A stretch of DNA of 64,000 nt from a virus (taxonomy: Duplodnaviria; Heunggongvirae; Uroviricota; Caudoviricetes), in the IMG/VR virus record IMGVR_UViG_3300021431_000002. One strand, written 5' to 3'. Made by a program: the position numbers and the translations under genes. Positions 36,309 through 45,250 of this stretch are shown here, one piece after another. Position 1 is the first letter of the stretch, and the number at the start of each line of letters is the position of its first letter. Below the pieces are notes generated by a model. That model was not told the origin of the DNA. It did not search any database and worked only from the letters and a program-made list of their open reading frames with translations.

Positions 36309-36655
36309 CAGATACTTTCTTGATACGGATGTGGTAAAAGCGTTGAATTATCAAATTCAAATCTATAGTATCCACCACAAGCATACCTACTATTATATTC
36401 CTCTTTGTAATCTATAAGATATATAATCATTCCGTAAATAGGAACATTATCTTCATCTACAAATAAATGAATTTTATCGGGTCTTAATGTGTTTCTATCA
36501 TAAAGCCTGTCAAAAGTATCTTCATGGAATGTTTCGGCTTCTTGCAGAATCATTTTTATGTCACGCTCAATTGCTAATTGACAATCATAATGATTGCCCC
36601 CATATTCAAATCCATTATCTTTTATTGGGCATTCTTCTTTCTTAATCGTTACCAT
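36302..36655 (-). CDS. hypothetical protein
   Basis: 117-aa ORF. Confidence 0.75.
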   Translation of the reverse strand: MVTIKKEECPIKDNGFEYGGNHYDCQLAIERDIKMILQEAETFHEDTFDRLYDRNTLRPDKIHLFVDEDNVPIYGMIIYLIDYKEEYNSRYACGGYYRFEFDNSTLLPHPYQESICW

Positions 36656-36797
36656 AGTTATTTAAGTTAAATTTCATACCAGTCATTTGGTGTGTGTTCT
36701 TTTTCAAAAAATCTATCGAGATACATCATCCATAACCCCAAAGTTACGGTTATGATTAGACCTAGAATAACTAATACTAAACCTCCCATAGCTATTT

Positions 36798-37139
36798 CTA
36801 CTTTATATTATACATTCCTTCTGGTGCTTCAAGGGCGAGCCCTTTCTCAATGAAATTGCGAAAATCAAAATGATGGGCATTGAGCCAATCGACTAACTCC
36901 CATTCATTTTTCCAACATTTTATAGACTCATATTCTTCATCTTCTTCCTCAGTCATAGAAGACATTGGACGGAGATATGGACGGACTTCTTCAATATCAT
37001 AAGAAGCATTTACCCAGCCAGTATCAACTCCCAATTCGAGCAAAGTATCCTCTTCTCCATCTACATTAATTTTTACTCCATAAGGCAACCTTGCAGATAG
37101 GTCTTTAAACAATAAATTTTTATTTTCTTCTTGTTCCAT
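36798..37139 (-). CDS. LCARLPYGV-family hypothetical protein, copy 3
   Basis: LSARLPYGV...PYLRPMSSMTEEE...EAPEGMYNIK. Confidence 0.85.
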   Translation of the reverse strand: MEQEENKNLLFKDLSARLPYGVKINVDGEEDTLLELGVDTGWVNASYDIEEVRPYLRPMSSMTEEEDEEYESIKCWKNEWELVDWLNAHHFDFRNFIEKGLALEAPEGMYNIK

Positions 37140-37267
37140 AGTTATCATAAACCAAATTAAATACGTTTAAATAGTGGAGCTTCCATCCTAAGACGTTCAG
37201 TTTTTAGAAACTCACGCCTTTCACTACAGTATTTTTGAATGTCCATATGTCTTTTTTTGACTTCATA

Positions 37268-37501
37268 TTATTTCTCCTTTAATTGTTCAACCAACTCTTC
37301 CAATTCCTTTTTACGCTTTTCCCATTTAATGGAATCACGAACCTCGCAGAATCGGCAGCGGCCCTTGTGGGCTAATTGGTTTATACCCGCAATGTACTCA
37401 CAAGAATCAAGTTCTAAATAAGAATATCCAAGTGGAGTACCGTTATTATCACACCCCACCATCATCAAGGCGGTAAGTGCTAACAAAATAATCTTTTTCA
37501 T
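37268..37501 (-). CDS. small putative lipoprotein
   Basis: MKKIILLALTALMMVG-C lipobox; GHKGRCRFC-like motif (AHKGRCRFC). Confidence 0.6.
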   Translation of the reverse strand: MKKIILLALTALMMVGCDNNGTPLGYSYLELDSCEYIAGINQLAHKGRCRFCEVRDSIKWEKRKKELEELVEQLKEK

Positions 37502-37618
37502 AACTTCTCTAGTTGTTCTTTCAATGCTTTTAATGTGAGATAAATCCTATTGTTTATTAGTGGAGACTAGTCTTTTTCTGACTTTTCTATTGCATAACCA
37601 AGACATTCTAATTATCCT

Positions 37619-38638
37619 TTACTCAACTTTAGGCTGTACTCTGTCTTTGAGGGATTTAAACCAAGAAATTGTGCCTTGCAATGTTAGATGTCCGTAATAC
37701 TGATTTCCATATTCTTCTAAGAAATGACATAAATTATTCATTCTGTTCTCATCCTCTTCACTCCACTCTTGCTTTGGTTGTGGTTGTACTCTGTCTTTTA
37801 TGGATTTGAGCCAATCTTGTACTTTCTCACGAAACTCTTTTGATAATACATCTTTACCGCCAATATTTATTTTGGAGAAAAGGATGTCCAAGTTTTTGAC
37901 GTAATCATTAAGGGCTCTTGCAATTTCTTCATCCTCTTCACTCCAAGCAGCATACTCGTTTTCAAAACCACTCCTCATAAAAGGTGACATTTCCTTTGCT
38001 CGTTCAACGGTTAAAAGATTGGACTCAGCTTTATCAGCAGACTTCTTCTCACCATCTTCTATTGGCTCAAAACAATCATAGCAGAAGTTCATCAGGCTAC
38101 AAAGAAATTTATCTTCTGGTTTGTATATTTCACCTTTCACAAACGCAGAGTATCTTGGTGAAGCAATACACTTATATTTTTTGCCAAGCTGAATTTTATC
38201 AGCAGGTTTCTGCTCACCTTTCTTTTCAAGCCAATCAATACATTCTTCTATTTCAAATGTTGCAGCGTGATGCTGTTTTTGAAGTTCAAGAAAATGAATA
38301 CAGTTTTTCCTTATCCTCTCATCCTCATCTTTTCTTGCACCTATCAGAATTTTTTCTTCATCAATAGGAACTCGCTTTTCAAGCCAAGCAAGAGCTTTAT
38401 CTGCCATCACATCATTAACAATATTATCAACAACATGTTTAGATACCAACTCTTTCTTTATCCATTCCCTTATCTCCTCATCCTCGTCCTCTTCAAGAGC
38501 TGGGAACATATTTTTAAACTCATTTTTCAAAACAAGATTGCCAAGTGTTGCATTGCCAATAGTTTTTAATAAATTTTTTGCATGTGCAATAGCCTCGTCA
38601 TATCTCTTGGCTTTTTGCTCTATTGATAATTCTTTCAT
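37619..38638 (-). CDS. mosaic repeat protein (KAKRYD / WLEK / WSEEDE modules)
   Basis: 339 aa; modules shared with 34344-36116. Confidence 0.85.
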   Translation of the reverse strand: MKELSIEQKAKRYDEAIAHAKNLLKTIGNATLGNLVLKNEFKNMFPALEEDEDEEIREWIKKELVSKHVVDNIVNDVMADKALAWLEKRVPIDEEKILIGARKDEDERIRKNCIHFLELQKQHHAATFEIEECIDWLEKKGEQKPADKIQLGKKYKCIASPRYSAFVKGEIYKPEDKFLCSLMNFCYDCFEPIEDGEKKSADKAESNLLTVERAKEMSPFMRSGFENEYAAWSEEDEEIARALNDYVKNLDILFSKINIGGKDVLSKEFREKVQDWLKSIKDRVQPQPKQEWSEEDENRMNNLCHFLEEYGNQYYGHLTLQGTISWFKSLKDRVQPKVE

Positions 38639-38783
38639 AGTTATTTATTATTATTGTATTCACGAAGTAAATGACAAACTTCCCCACAAAATTCAGTAGC
38701 ATCAAGTTCGTGGTCATCTATCATTTTTTGTATTTTTGTTAATACATTATTTGCCTTTTCATATTTCTTTTTATAGTCCATAA

Positions 38784-39191
38784 TCACAACCGTGTAAGTT
38801 CTTTTATTTCTTTTTCAGCATCAGAAACTTTCTGTTTGTAATATGCAAGTTCCTTTTCTTTGTTCATTATCTGCAATTCTTTAATTTTACCATTCCACTC
38901 CATCCAACTTGCTTTAACGGAATCTCTAAATGTATAAAGAACAGCATATCTCTGAATACTTTCAATATCATTAGGGTGTTCATCGAATTTTATTATAAAA
39001 GAAGGTGAAGAACTAATATTTCTGACTTGTAGATGAACTCTATCTTCATAATCTTCTGGATATTCTTTAATGAAATCTTGTACTTCTTTGTTTGGAATCC
39101 AATAGAATAGCCAATGTTCTGTATTTACAACGTAATTGTAAATTTCTTTTTCTATTGAGGATATTTTATTAATTATTTCTTTTACTTCCAT
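38784..39191 (-). CDS. hypothetical protein
   Basis: ATG 39191 (MEVKEII). Confidence 0.75.
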   Translation of the reverse strand: MEVKEIINKISSIEKEIYNYVVNTEHWLFYWIPNKEVQDFIKEYPEDYEDRVHLQVRNISSSPSFIIKFDEHPNDIESIQRYAVLYTFRDSVKASWMEWNGKIKELQIMNKEKELAYYKQKVSDAEKEIKELTRL

Positions 39192-39421
39192 AGTATTAAT
39201 GATTAAAACAACCACATTCTTTCATGTGCCAAAGTGTATCTATTGCCATTGATAAACGGTATTTATCTTGAGAACTATAAGTATGCTCTTTGGCTTTTTC
39301 TAAAAAACTAATTATTTCTTTTACTTCCATATTCAACTACATTTAATAATCGACATTATAATTACTAAAATAAACCATGCAAGGAATGGCAATCTTAGGC
39401 ATTTCAGTTTTTCTTTCATAA

Positions 39422-39652
39422 TCACAATTTTATTGGCTCATCACTATATGACATTTCTTTGCCAGTAAGATATTTAATAGTTCCTTTTGGTAGGAGTATT
39501 CCTTTTCGATATTCTTTTTCAAGAGGGTCTGTTGTCCATCTTTGCCCCCACATAACCTCTAAGTCCATATTTGGGAACTCTCTATGAGGTTTACGAGGAA
39601 ATATTCTCTCATCGTCATGACCATCAACACATACCCAAGATTCTTCTTTCAT
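39422..39652 (-). CDS. hypothetical protein
   Basis: WV.VD.D..E.IF...P.R...LPKGTIK.LTG.EMSY.DEPI.L pattern. Confidence 0.75.
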   Translation of the reverse strand: MKEESWVCVDGHDDERIFPRKPHREFPNMDLEVMWGQRWTTDPLEKEYRKGILLPKGTIKYLTGKEMSYSDEPIKL

Positions 39653-39827
39653 GATTTCTTATTTATTAGTTCTTTTAAATATTACATTGTGTTCCAATCA
39701 GCCGCATCTGTAATTATAATAATCTTTTTAATTTTTCCGTTTTCTTTACTATAAGCATAAGGAAATTCTATTTCTGTATCATCATCCAAACTATTCCATA
39801 GTTCTACAAGTTGTTTCTTTGTCATAT

Positions 39828-40211
39828 TTACAACATTTTAAGTTCGTGTAATTTCTCAATCATAGCTACACAAGCATCAATAGGATTATCATATGCATCT
39901 GAAATCATAGGTTTCTTGCTATCGCAAACCACAAACACAGTTCCATCTGTGTTAGTTTGCAGAGTGTAATAATGTAATACACCAAGCAAACTTGCAAGCG
40001 ACCAACAAGGGATATCTTTTTTTGATGCTGAAAATCTACAGCATGACTCAAAACCTTTTATTACAAGCCAGTAAATTGGTTTCTCTATTAATTTTGACGT
40101 TTCTAATTTTGCTCCACAATATTCATATATTGCATCAGCACTTTCAAGTGGCAGTATCTCTGCCAACTTACGACTTTGCTCTATATCAGTATATGATTTA
40201 ATTGTTGCCAT
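39828..40211 (-). CDS. hypothetical protein
   Basis: MATIKSYTDIEQS.KL...PCWSLA.LL..L. Confidence 0.8.
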   Translation of the reverse strand: MATIKSYTDIEQSRKLAEILPLESADAIYEYCGAKLETSKLIEKPIYWLVIKGFESCCRFSASKKDIPCWSLASLLGVLHYYTLQTNTDGTVFVVCDSKKPMISDAYDNPIDACVAMIEKLHELKML

Positions 40212-40375
40212 AGTCATTTTTTGTTTTGAATGGAAACATAAACTCCAGTACAAACTCCACCTATTAAGTAATATATTGCTTCTGTATTATGTATTCCATA
40301 AGATATTAGTACAATAGCTATGGGAAGCAAAACTCCTTCAATATATACCTTTTTCATATTTATTATAAGTTCTAA

Positions 40376-40741
40376 TTACTTGTTTTTTACGAATTTTCCA
40401 GTTTTATCTTTAGTATACCAATCGCTAATTTCTTTCCAACAATTTTTCGAGAAATTTGGAGTTACATCATTCCAATATGTATCTTTGATTTTTGCGTAGC
40501 AGATTTCAAAAATCACATTTTTCTTACCAAACAAAGGATAATCATACCCTACTCTGACAGCCACTTTTGTTTGTGGGTGTTTATAGAACAGATAATTAGA
40601 GTATTCGAAAGGCTCATCTTCTGGACGAAACCCCCCGTCACGAATAAATTCATACCCTTGTTTCGTTAAAGATTCTTTTATTTTTTCAAGGTTTAACGAA
40701 GCAAATTTTCTACGAATTTTTTTTGGATAAATTGTTGGCAT
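40376..40741 (-). CDS. hypothetical protein
   Basis: 121-aa ORF. Confidence 0.75.
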   Translation of the reverse strand: MPTIYPKKIRRKFASLNLEKIKESLTKQGYEFIRDGGFRPEDEPFEYSNYLFYKHPQTKVAVRVGYDYPLFGKKNVIFEICYAKIKDTYWNDVTPNFSKNCWKEISDWYTKDKTGKFVKNK

Positions 40742-40758
40742 AATTATTTTTCTTTAAT

Positions 40759-41037
40759 TTAGAATTTTCCATTCTGGGCTTCTTTTGCAAAATTTTCTAT
40801 GACATTCCACAAAAAATCATGTATGTTAGTTTCTTTTCCGTATGCCATCATTTTGATATTATATGGTATATACGAGAATTGCGATAGTTTCTTTCTATTC
40901 AATTCTTTGTATGTGTCATTTTTATTCCATATAATTGTATCTTTATCAAAGCCAAAGAACACATAATAATCTTGAGTTAATGCTCTATAAGCCATTCGTA
41001 ATCTTTCCCAAATTGATGTTTTCTGTCCCATAATCAC
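40759..41037 (-). CDS. hypothetical protein
   Basis: 92 aa; promoter 41073. Confidence 0.75.
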   Translation of the reverse strand: MIMGQKTSIWERLRMAYRALTQDYYVFFGFDKDTIIWNKNDTYKELNRKKLSQFSYIPYNIKMMAYGKETNIHDFLWNVIENFAKEAQNGKF

Positions 41038-41132
41038 AACATTTATAAAATCAATTCTATTATTATTTTTTGCAAATATACGAAAAATAATTTAAATAAC
41101 CAAAATATTTATAGAAAATTAACATATAGCCA

Positions 41133-42254
41133 ATGAAAAAAATACATATATTAGAATCTCAAATGTTAAATGAGGATAATTGGAGTTTTGAAGCGGGTAC
41201 TGACCACCCACATTTTGAGGATGAACGAACTGGACAATCATATGCGGCTGATTGGAACACAGAATATGGTTTTCCGTTTGGGTATTGGCAAGAGGAATAT
41301 AATGGAAATGACATATTTTCAATCGGTGACGCTTATACAACCCATGTAAATGCTTGCGGTAAAATGGCAAAAAGGTATTTCTATAACGCTAAAAAAGAAA
41401 ATATGGAAGAAGAGATTTCATATTTCACTGATGCTTTAGAAGATTTGGTTAATGATTTTAAACAATACGGATATACATATAACGAAGACATTGATATGTA
41501 TGTTTCTAGCGATGGCTCTGATGAAATTGACCTTGACGAATGGTTAGATGAAAATTGTTATTCATTGGATAGGGATAAAGCAAAGGAAATTACAGAGAAT
41601 GCGATTAATGGCGGTTCAATACCTAATGCAGATGAGTTGGCTGAAGAAATAGCAAGCAATGAGGCTGAGTATTATGACTTTACCGATAAAGATGGTATAG
41701 ACCAAGCATTAGAAGAGATTGGTAGCAGTTTTGAAGGGTATTTTGAAAGTGGTAGAAATGAAGGTAGGATATGGCCTCAACTAGGTATGATAGGCTTTTA
41801 TACGACTGAGCAACCAGACCCACAAACTCTTACCGTCATAATGAGAGATTTAGCTAACACTGGAATTGTTACATATGAAGATTTATTACAATATGACATG
41901 GTATTTGAAGATTGGAGAAATGACGGAGAAATAACTGCTTGTACGCTAAGTGATTATATTGATGGAAACTATGGCCCAGATTCTTATGAGGATGAAGAGG
42001 AAAATGAGATACAATATGCTAGGGATGGTAAGACACAGTTTATCCCTCACCTAGCCAATCAAGCGCAGAAAAGAGAGTTCTTTAGGGATTTTAGGAATAC
42101 TAGAGACCAAGCGGTATATGCACCTCGTGAACGTGCTGCTGGTAATTTGGCTCGTTATCACGCAATGCGTTATCCGTATGGTGAAAACAAACAAATGATT
42201 AATAACGTGATAAAAGAAGAATTGAATAAATTAATAAAAGGAGAGTTAAGATAA
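41133..42254 (+). CDS. acidic hypothetical protein, possibly late/virion-packaged
   Basis: 373 aa on the opposite strand; upstream TATTTATA (41106); MKKIHILESQMLNE N-terminus. Confidence 0.85.
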   Translation: MKKIHILESQMLNEDNWSFEAGTDHPHFEDERTGQSYAADWNTEYGFPFGYWQEEYNGNDIFSIGDAYTTHVNACGKMAKRYFYNAKKENMEEEISYFTDALEDLVNDFKQYGYTYNEDIDMYVSSDGSDEIDLDEWLDENCYSLDRDKAKEITENAINGGSIPNADELAEEIASNEAEYYDFTDKDGIDQALEEIGSSFEGYFESGRNEGRIWPQLGMIGFYTTEQPDPQTLTVIMRDLANTGIVTYEDLLQYDMVFEDWRNDGEITACTLSDYIDGNYGPDSYEDEEENEIQYARDGKTQFIPHLANQAQKREFFRDFRNTRDQAVYAPRERAAGNLARYHAMRYPYGENKQMINNVIKEELNKLIKGELR

Positions 42255-42629
42255 AAAACTCTCCTTTTTATCTTTAGCGCATTTAAATTTCCCTAATTTC
42301 TTGTTGAAAATAATTCCTTCCTCTTTTAATCTTTGCCCTAGAATGATATACATTGTGATGTCTGGTTTTTCAAACACATCACAAGGCATTTTTTGGAAAT
42401 CTCTATCTAGACTTTTCCTCATAGTCATAATCATAGACCCTCTTAAAAGTGCATCTACGCTTTGTTCTTTAGTAAGTATGATTTTCTCATTACTGTCATC
42501 GTCACCATATATCCTAGTTCCGAGTAAATAGTGTTCTTTTCCTTTTATTGTATCGAAATCATCTATTCCAATCCATTGCGCAACGGGCTCACCGTATGTA
42601 TCTCTTATTGCTTTTATTGTCAACGCCAT
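42246..42629 (-). CDS. hypothetical protein with KP..LKEEG..FN module
   Basis: ATG 42629 (MALTIKA). Confidence 0.75.
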   Translation of the reverse strand: MALTIKAIRDTYGEPVAQWIGIDDFDTIKGKEHYLLGTRIYGDDDSNEKIILTKEQSVDALLRGSMIMTMRKSLDRDFQKMPCDVFEKPDITMYIILGQRLKEEGIIFNKKLGKFKCAKDKKESFLS

Positions 42630-42957
42630 TTTCTCTTTTATATCTTGTATATTTATCCCATAATTCAAGGTAGTCTTGTACAGTTGGCTTAACTATATAA
42701 GAATCTTCAGAAAACCCTATAAAAGTTGATGAATCCCCAATCAAGTTAACAGCAAATTCTAGACCCAAACCAGTATAGCCAAACAGTCTGCTTTTATCGT
42801 TCAGTAGAGCTATCATATAGTCCCTTGGTGTGACTGTGGTATTTGGGTAAATTATTTTCACGACAACACCTTTTCTACGTACCTTTAATGATGGGCTTTG
42901 TAAAATTTTCCGTATTGTTTCTCTTGCCAACTCCATTTTTCTCGCATTTTTCGCCAT
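42589..42957 (-). CDS. tandem-triplicated hypothetical protein, copy C
   Basis: DNA-level repeat of copies A and B. Confidence 0.7.
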   Translation of the reverse strand: MAKNARKMELARETIRKILQSPSLKVRRKGVVVKIIYPNTTVTPRDYMIALLNDKSRLFGYTGLGLEFAVNLIGDSSTFIGFSEDSYIVKPTVQDYLELWDKYTRYKRENGVDNKSNKRYIR

Positions 42958-43268
42958 TTTTTCCTTGTATACATATCCCATAATTCAAGGTAGTCTTGTA
43001 TAGTTGGCTTAACTATATAAGATTCTTTAGAAACCCCTATACAAGTTGATGATTCCCCAGCCAAGTTAACAGCAAGTTCTGTAGACAAATCGTTAGTGGT
43101 ATACAGTTCGCTTTTATCGTTCAGTAGAACTATCATATAGTTCCTTGGTGTGACTGTGGCATCTGGGTAAATTATTTTCACGACAACACCTTTTCTACGT
43201 ACCTTTAATGATGGGTCTTGTAATATTTTCCGTATTGTTTCTCTTGCCAACGCCATATTTCTTGCCAT
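42885..43268 (-). CDS. tandem-triplicated hypothetical protein, copy B
   Basis: DNA-level repeat. Confidence 0.7.
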   Translation of the reverse strand: MARNMALARETIRKILQDPSLKVRRKGVVVKIIYPDATVTPRNYMIVLLNDKSELYTTNDLSTELAVNLAGESSTCIGVSKESYIVKPTIQDYLELWDMYTRKKWRKMREKWSWQEKQYGKFYKAHH

Positions 43269-43636
43269 TTTTTCTTATATGTTGTATACATATCCCATAA
43301 TTCAAGGTAGTCTTGTATAGTTGGCTTAACTATATAAGATTCTTTAGAAACCCCTATACGAGTTGATGAATTCCCAGCTAAGTTAACAGCAAATTCTGGA
43401 AACAAATCGTTAGTGTCAAACTTGTTAGTGTCATACGAAAACTTGTATTTGCTATAATTGTTCGTTTTAGTGCCACACAGTTTGCTTTTATCGTTCAGTA
43501 GAAGTATCATATAGTTCCTTGGTGTCCTTGTGGCATGTGGGCATATCATTTTTACAACAATTCCTCTTTTACGCACCTTTAATGATGGGTCTTGTAATAT
43601 TTTTAGAATTGTTTCTCTTGCCATGTTTTTTTTCAT
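43205..43636 (-). CDS. tandem-triplicated hypothetical protein, copy A
   Basis: DNA-level repeat with an internal insertion. Confidence 0.7.
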   Translation of the reverse strand: MKKNMARETILKILQDPSLKVRKRGIVVKMICPHATRTPRNYMILLLNDKSKLCGTKTNNYSKYKFSYDTNKFDTNDLFPEFAVNLAGNSSTRIGVSKESYIVKPTIQDYLELWDMYTTYKKKWQEIWRWQEKQYGKYYKTHH

Positions 43637-43704
43637 ACCATTTGAATGTTTTCTCCATTAGCTGATATGCTGATACTACTACACCAACGACTGTTATAAT
43701 GGTA

Positions 43705-44013
43705 TCAATTTTTTTTTGTATTCCCATAATTTTTCTTATTAAATTTGTAAATTTCTTTTAACCCTTTAATAAACTCTTTCCATCCGTTTATTTCAATATC
43801 ATTAAATTTAATTCCCAACACTATTTTTTTAGACAGAACTTTATTTGGTTCTATCTTCAATGTCTTGACGCTAATAAGAACGTTTGGGTAACGTATGCTC
43901 TTAAAAGTATACGTCACCCTATTGTTCTCTCGTTTTCCAGTGAAACCGTAAAACCAATTCTTTTCTAATATCTTAACGACTTCGTTATAGTCTATGAAAT
44001 TACTATTTTCCAT
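43705..44013 (-). CDS. hypothetical protein (probably leaderless mRNA)
   Basis: ATG 4 nt after the TTTG of promoter 44018. Confidence 0.75.
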   Translation of the reverse strand: MENSNFIDYNEVVKILEKNWFYGFTGKRENNRVTYTFKSIRYPNVLISVKTLKIEPNKVLSKKIVLGIKFNDIEINGWKEFIKGLKEIYKFNKKNYGNTKKN

Positions 44014-44053
44014 ATTGCAAATATACGAAAAATAAATGTAATATCCAAATTAT

Positions 44054-44449
44054 TTAAGATTTTTTTTCGATTAATAGTGTCATGGTATATTCTCCAGTTT
44101 TCTCAGTATCTGTATAGCCATTTTTATTTTTCACTATTAACGATTTAAGAATTCCATCAACGGTAGCACCTAAAAGATTTGGAGAGCCACTCAAAAGGAG
44201 TTTGCATATAACGTTTTCTTCCTTTATTGGTGTTTCCTCTACATTTTCCCTAGGAATAAGGTCAGTGGCTAGTACAAAGTATTTCGTGAGGTTTTCTCTT
44301 TGTTCGTCATTTAAAGGGATACCATTCAACGCTTTTTTATAGTCTTCATACAAGCGATTAATGGCGTTTTGAATCTCTGTGGGTTTTGCCTTGGTTGCTA
44401 CCACTGATTTAACTGCCATACCATTATTTTCCATTAACATATTATCCAA
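44054..44449 (-). CDS. hypothetical protein
   Basis: 131-aa ORF. Confidence 0.75.
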   Translation of the reverse strand: MDNMLMENNGMAVKSVVATKAKPTEIQNAINRLYEDYKKALNGIPLNDEQRENLTKYFVLATDLIPRENVEETPIKEENVICKLLLSGSPNLLGATVDGILKSLIVKNKNGYTDTEKTGEYTMTLLIEKKS

Positions 44450-44996
44450 GAAGAGTTTTTCTGATTATGTTACCGTCAACGTTAGGATACTTTGCCTTAA
44501 CCTTCGGAACAATCTGACCCATATCTCTCATAGATGGGACATAACCCTCTTCCTTGGTGGCGATATATGCAGCAATCACCTCTTTGGTAAAGTTAACGAT
44601 GTCTTCCTCAGTAGGCTGTGCTGGAGTGAATTCCTCAATCACCTTGAGTTCCGCTGACTCACTATCATAGAGTTTGGTATTACCGCTTTTGAGGTATCCC
44701 TCCATTGTTTCCTTATGGTTGTTAGCGAGTTTAATGAGAACTTTAACTTCCTCATTCTCAAGCATTTTATACTCAAGATTCGTATGATTTTTCTCATTCT
44801 CCCTAATGAGTTCTGACTTAATGAGTTTAAGCGCACCATTTCTACTCTTAAGGTTCATTTCCTCAAACAGTTCCTCTGGTGTCTTATCCTCGTTTTTAAT
44901 TGTTGCTATGGGAGCAAGTTTCTCTGTAGTCTTTGCTATAGACTCGTCAATCTTTTTAAGGATTGATATTTCATATTCTTTAGTATTTGTATTCAT
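44442..44996 (-). CDS. yqeY: GatB/YqeY domain protein
   Basis: LKLIKSELI..E; EEVKVL.KL...HKE..E.Y..SG...L.D.ESAELKVIEEF.P.Q.TEEDI; SMRDMG.I...VK. Confidence 0.82.
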   Translation of the reverse strand: MNTNTKEYEISILKKIDESIAKTTEKLAPIATIKNEDKTPEELFEEMNLKSRNGALKLIKSELIRENEKNHTNLEYKMLENEEVKVLIKLANNHKETMEGYLKSGNTKLYDSESAELKVIEEFTPAQPTEEDIVNFTKEVIAAYIATKEEGYVPSMRDMGQIVPKVKAKYPNVDGNIIRKTLLG

Positions 44997-45039
44997 ATTT
45001 ATGTTTTTTTTAAGTAGCAATATAAAAGTTAATACCATT

Positions 45040-45248
45040 TTATTTGGACTGTTTTGCACCAAGCGCAAAACCTCCAATTATGCCCCAACTATACACCATA
45101 GATAATGCAATAGTCATTCTAGTGTTATCTTCAAGTTTATCCATAAAAGATGGGTCAAAACAATACCAGATTACTATTGCAAAATTTGCAATTAAAAGTA
45201 TTTTAATTATTATGTCTGCTATTTTTTGGTGTATATTTTTTTGCCCAT
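45040..45248 (-). pseudogene. two-helix membrane protein gene frameshifted in an A7 run
   Basis: ATG GGC A7: adding one A gives a 69-aa frame with two hydrophobic helices. Confidence 0.4.
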
Positions 45249-45250
45249 AA

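Larger units (their letters stand above)
42630..43636. repeat. three tandem ~320-bp repeat units
   Basis: Shared blocks such as cccataattcaaggtagtcttgta and gcttttatcgttcagtaga. Confidence 0.9.

Noticed and set aside
42630-43636. DGR template/variable repeat pair
   Set aside because: Differences between copies include many non-adenine substitutions and indels, and no reverse transcriptase is present
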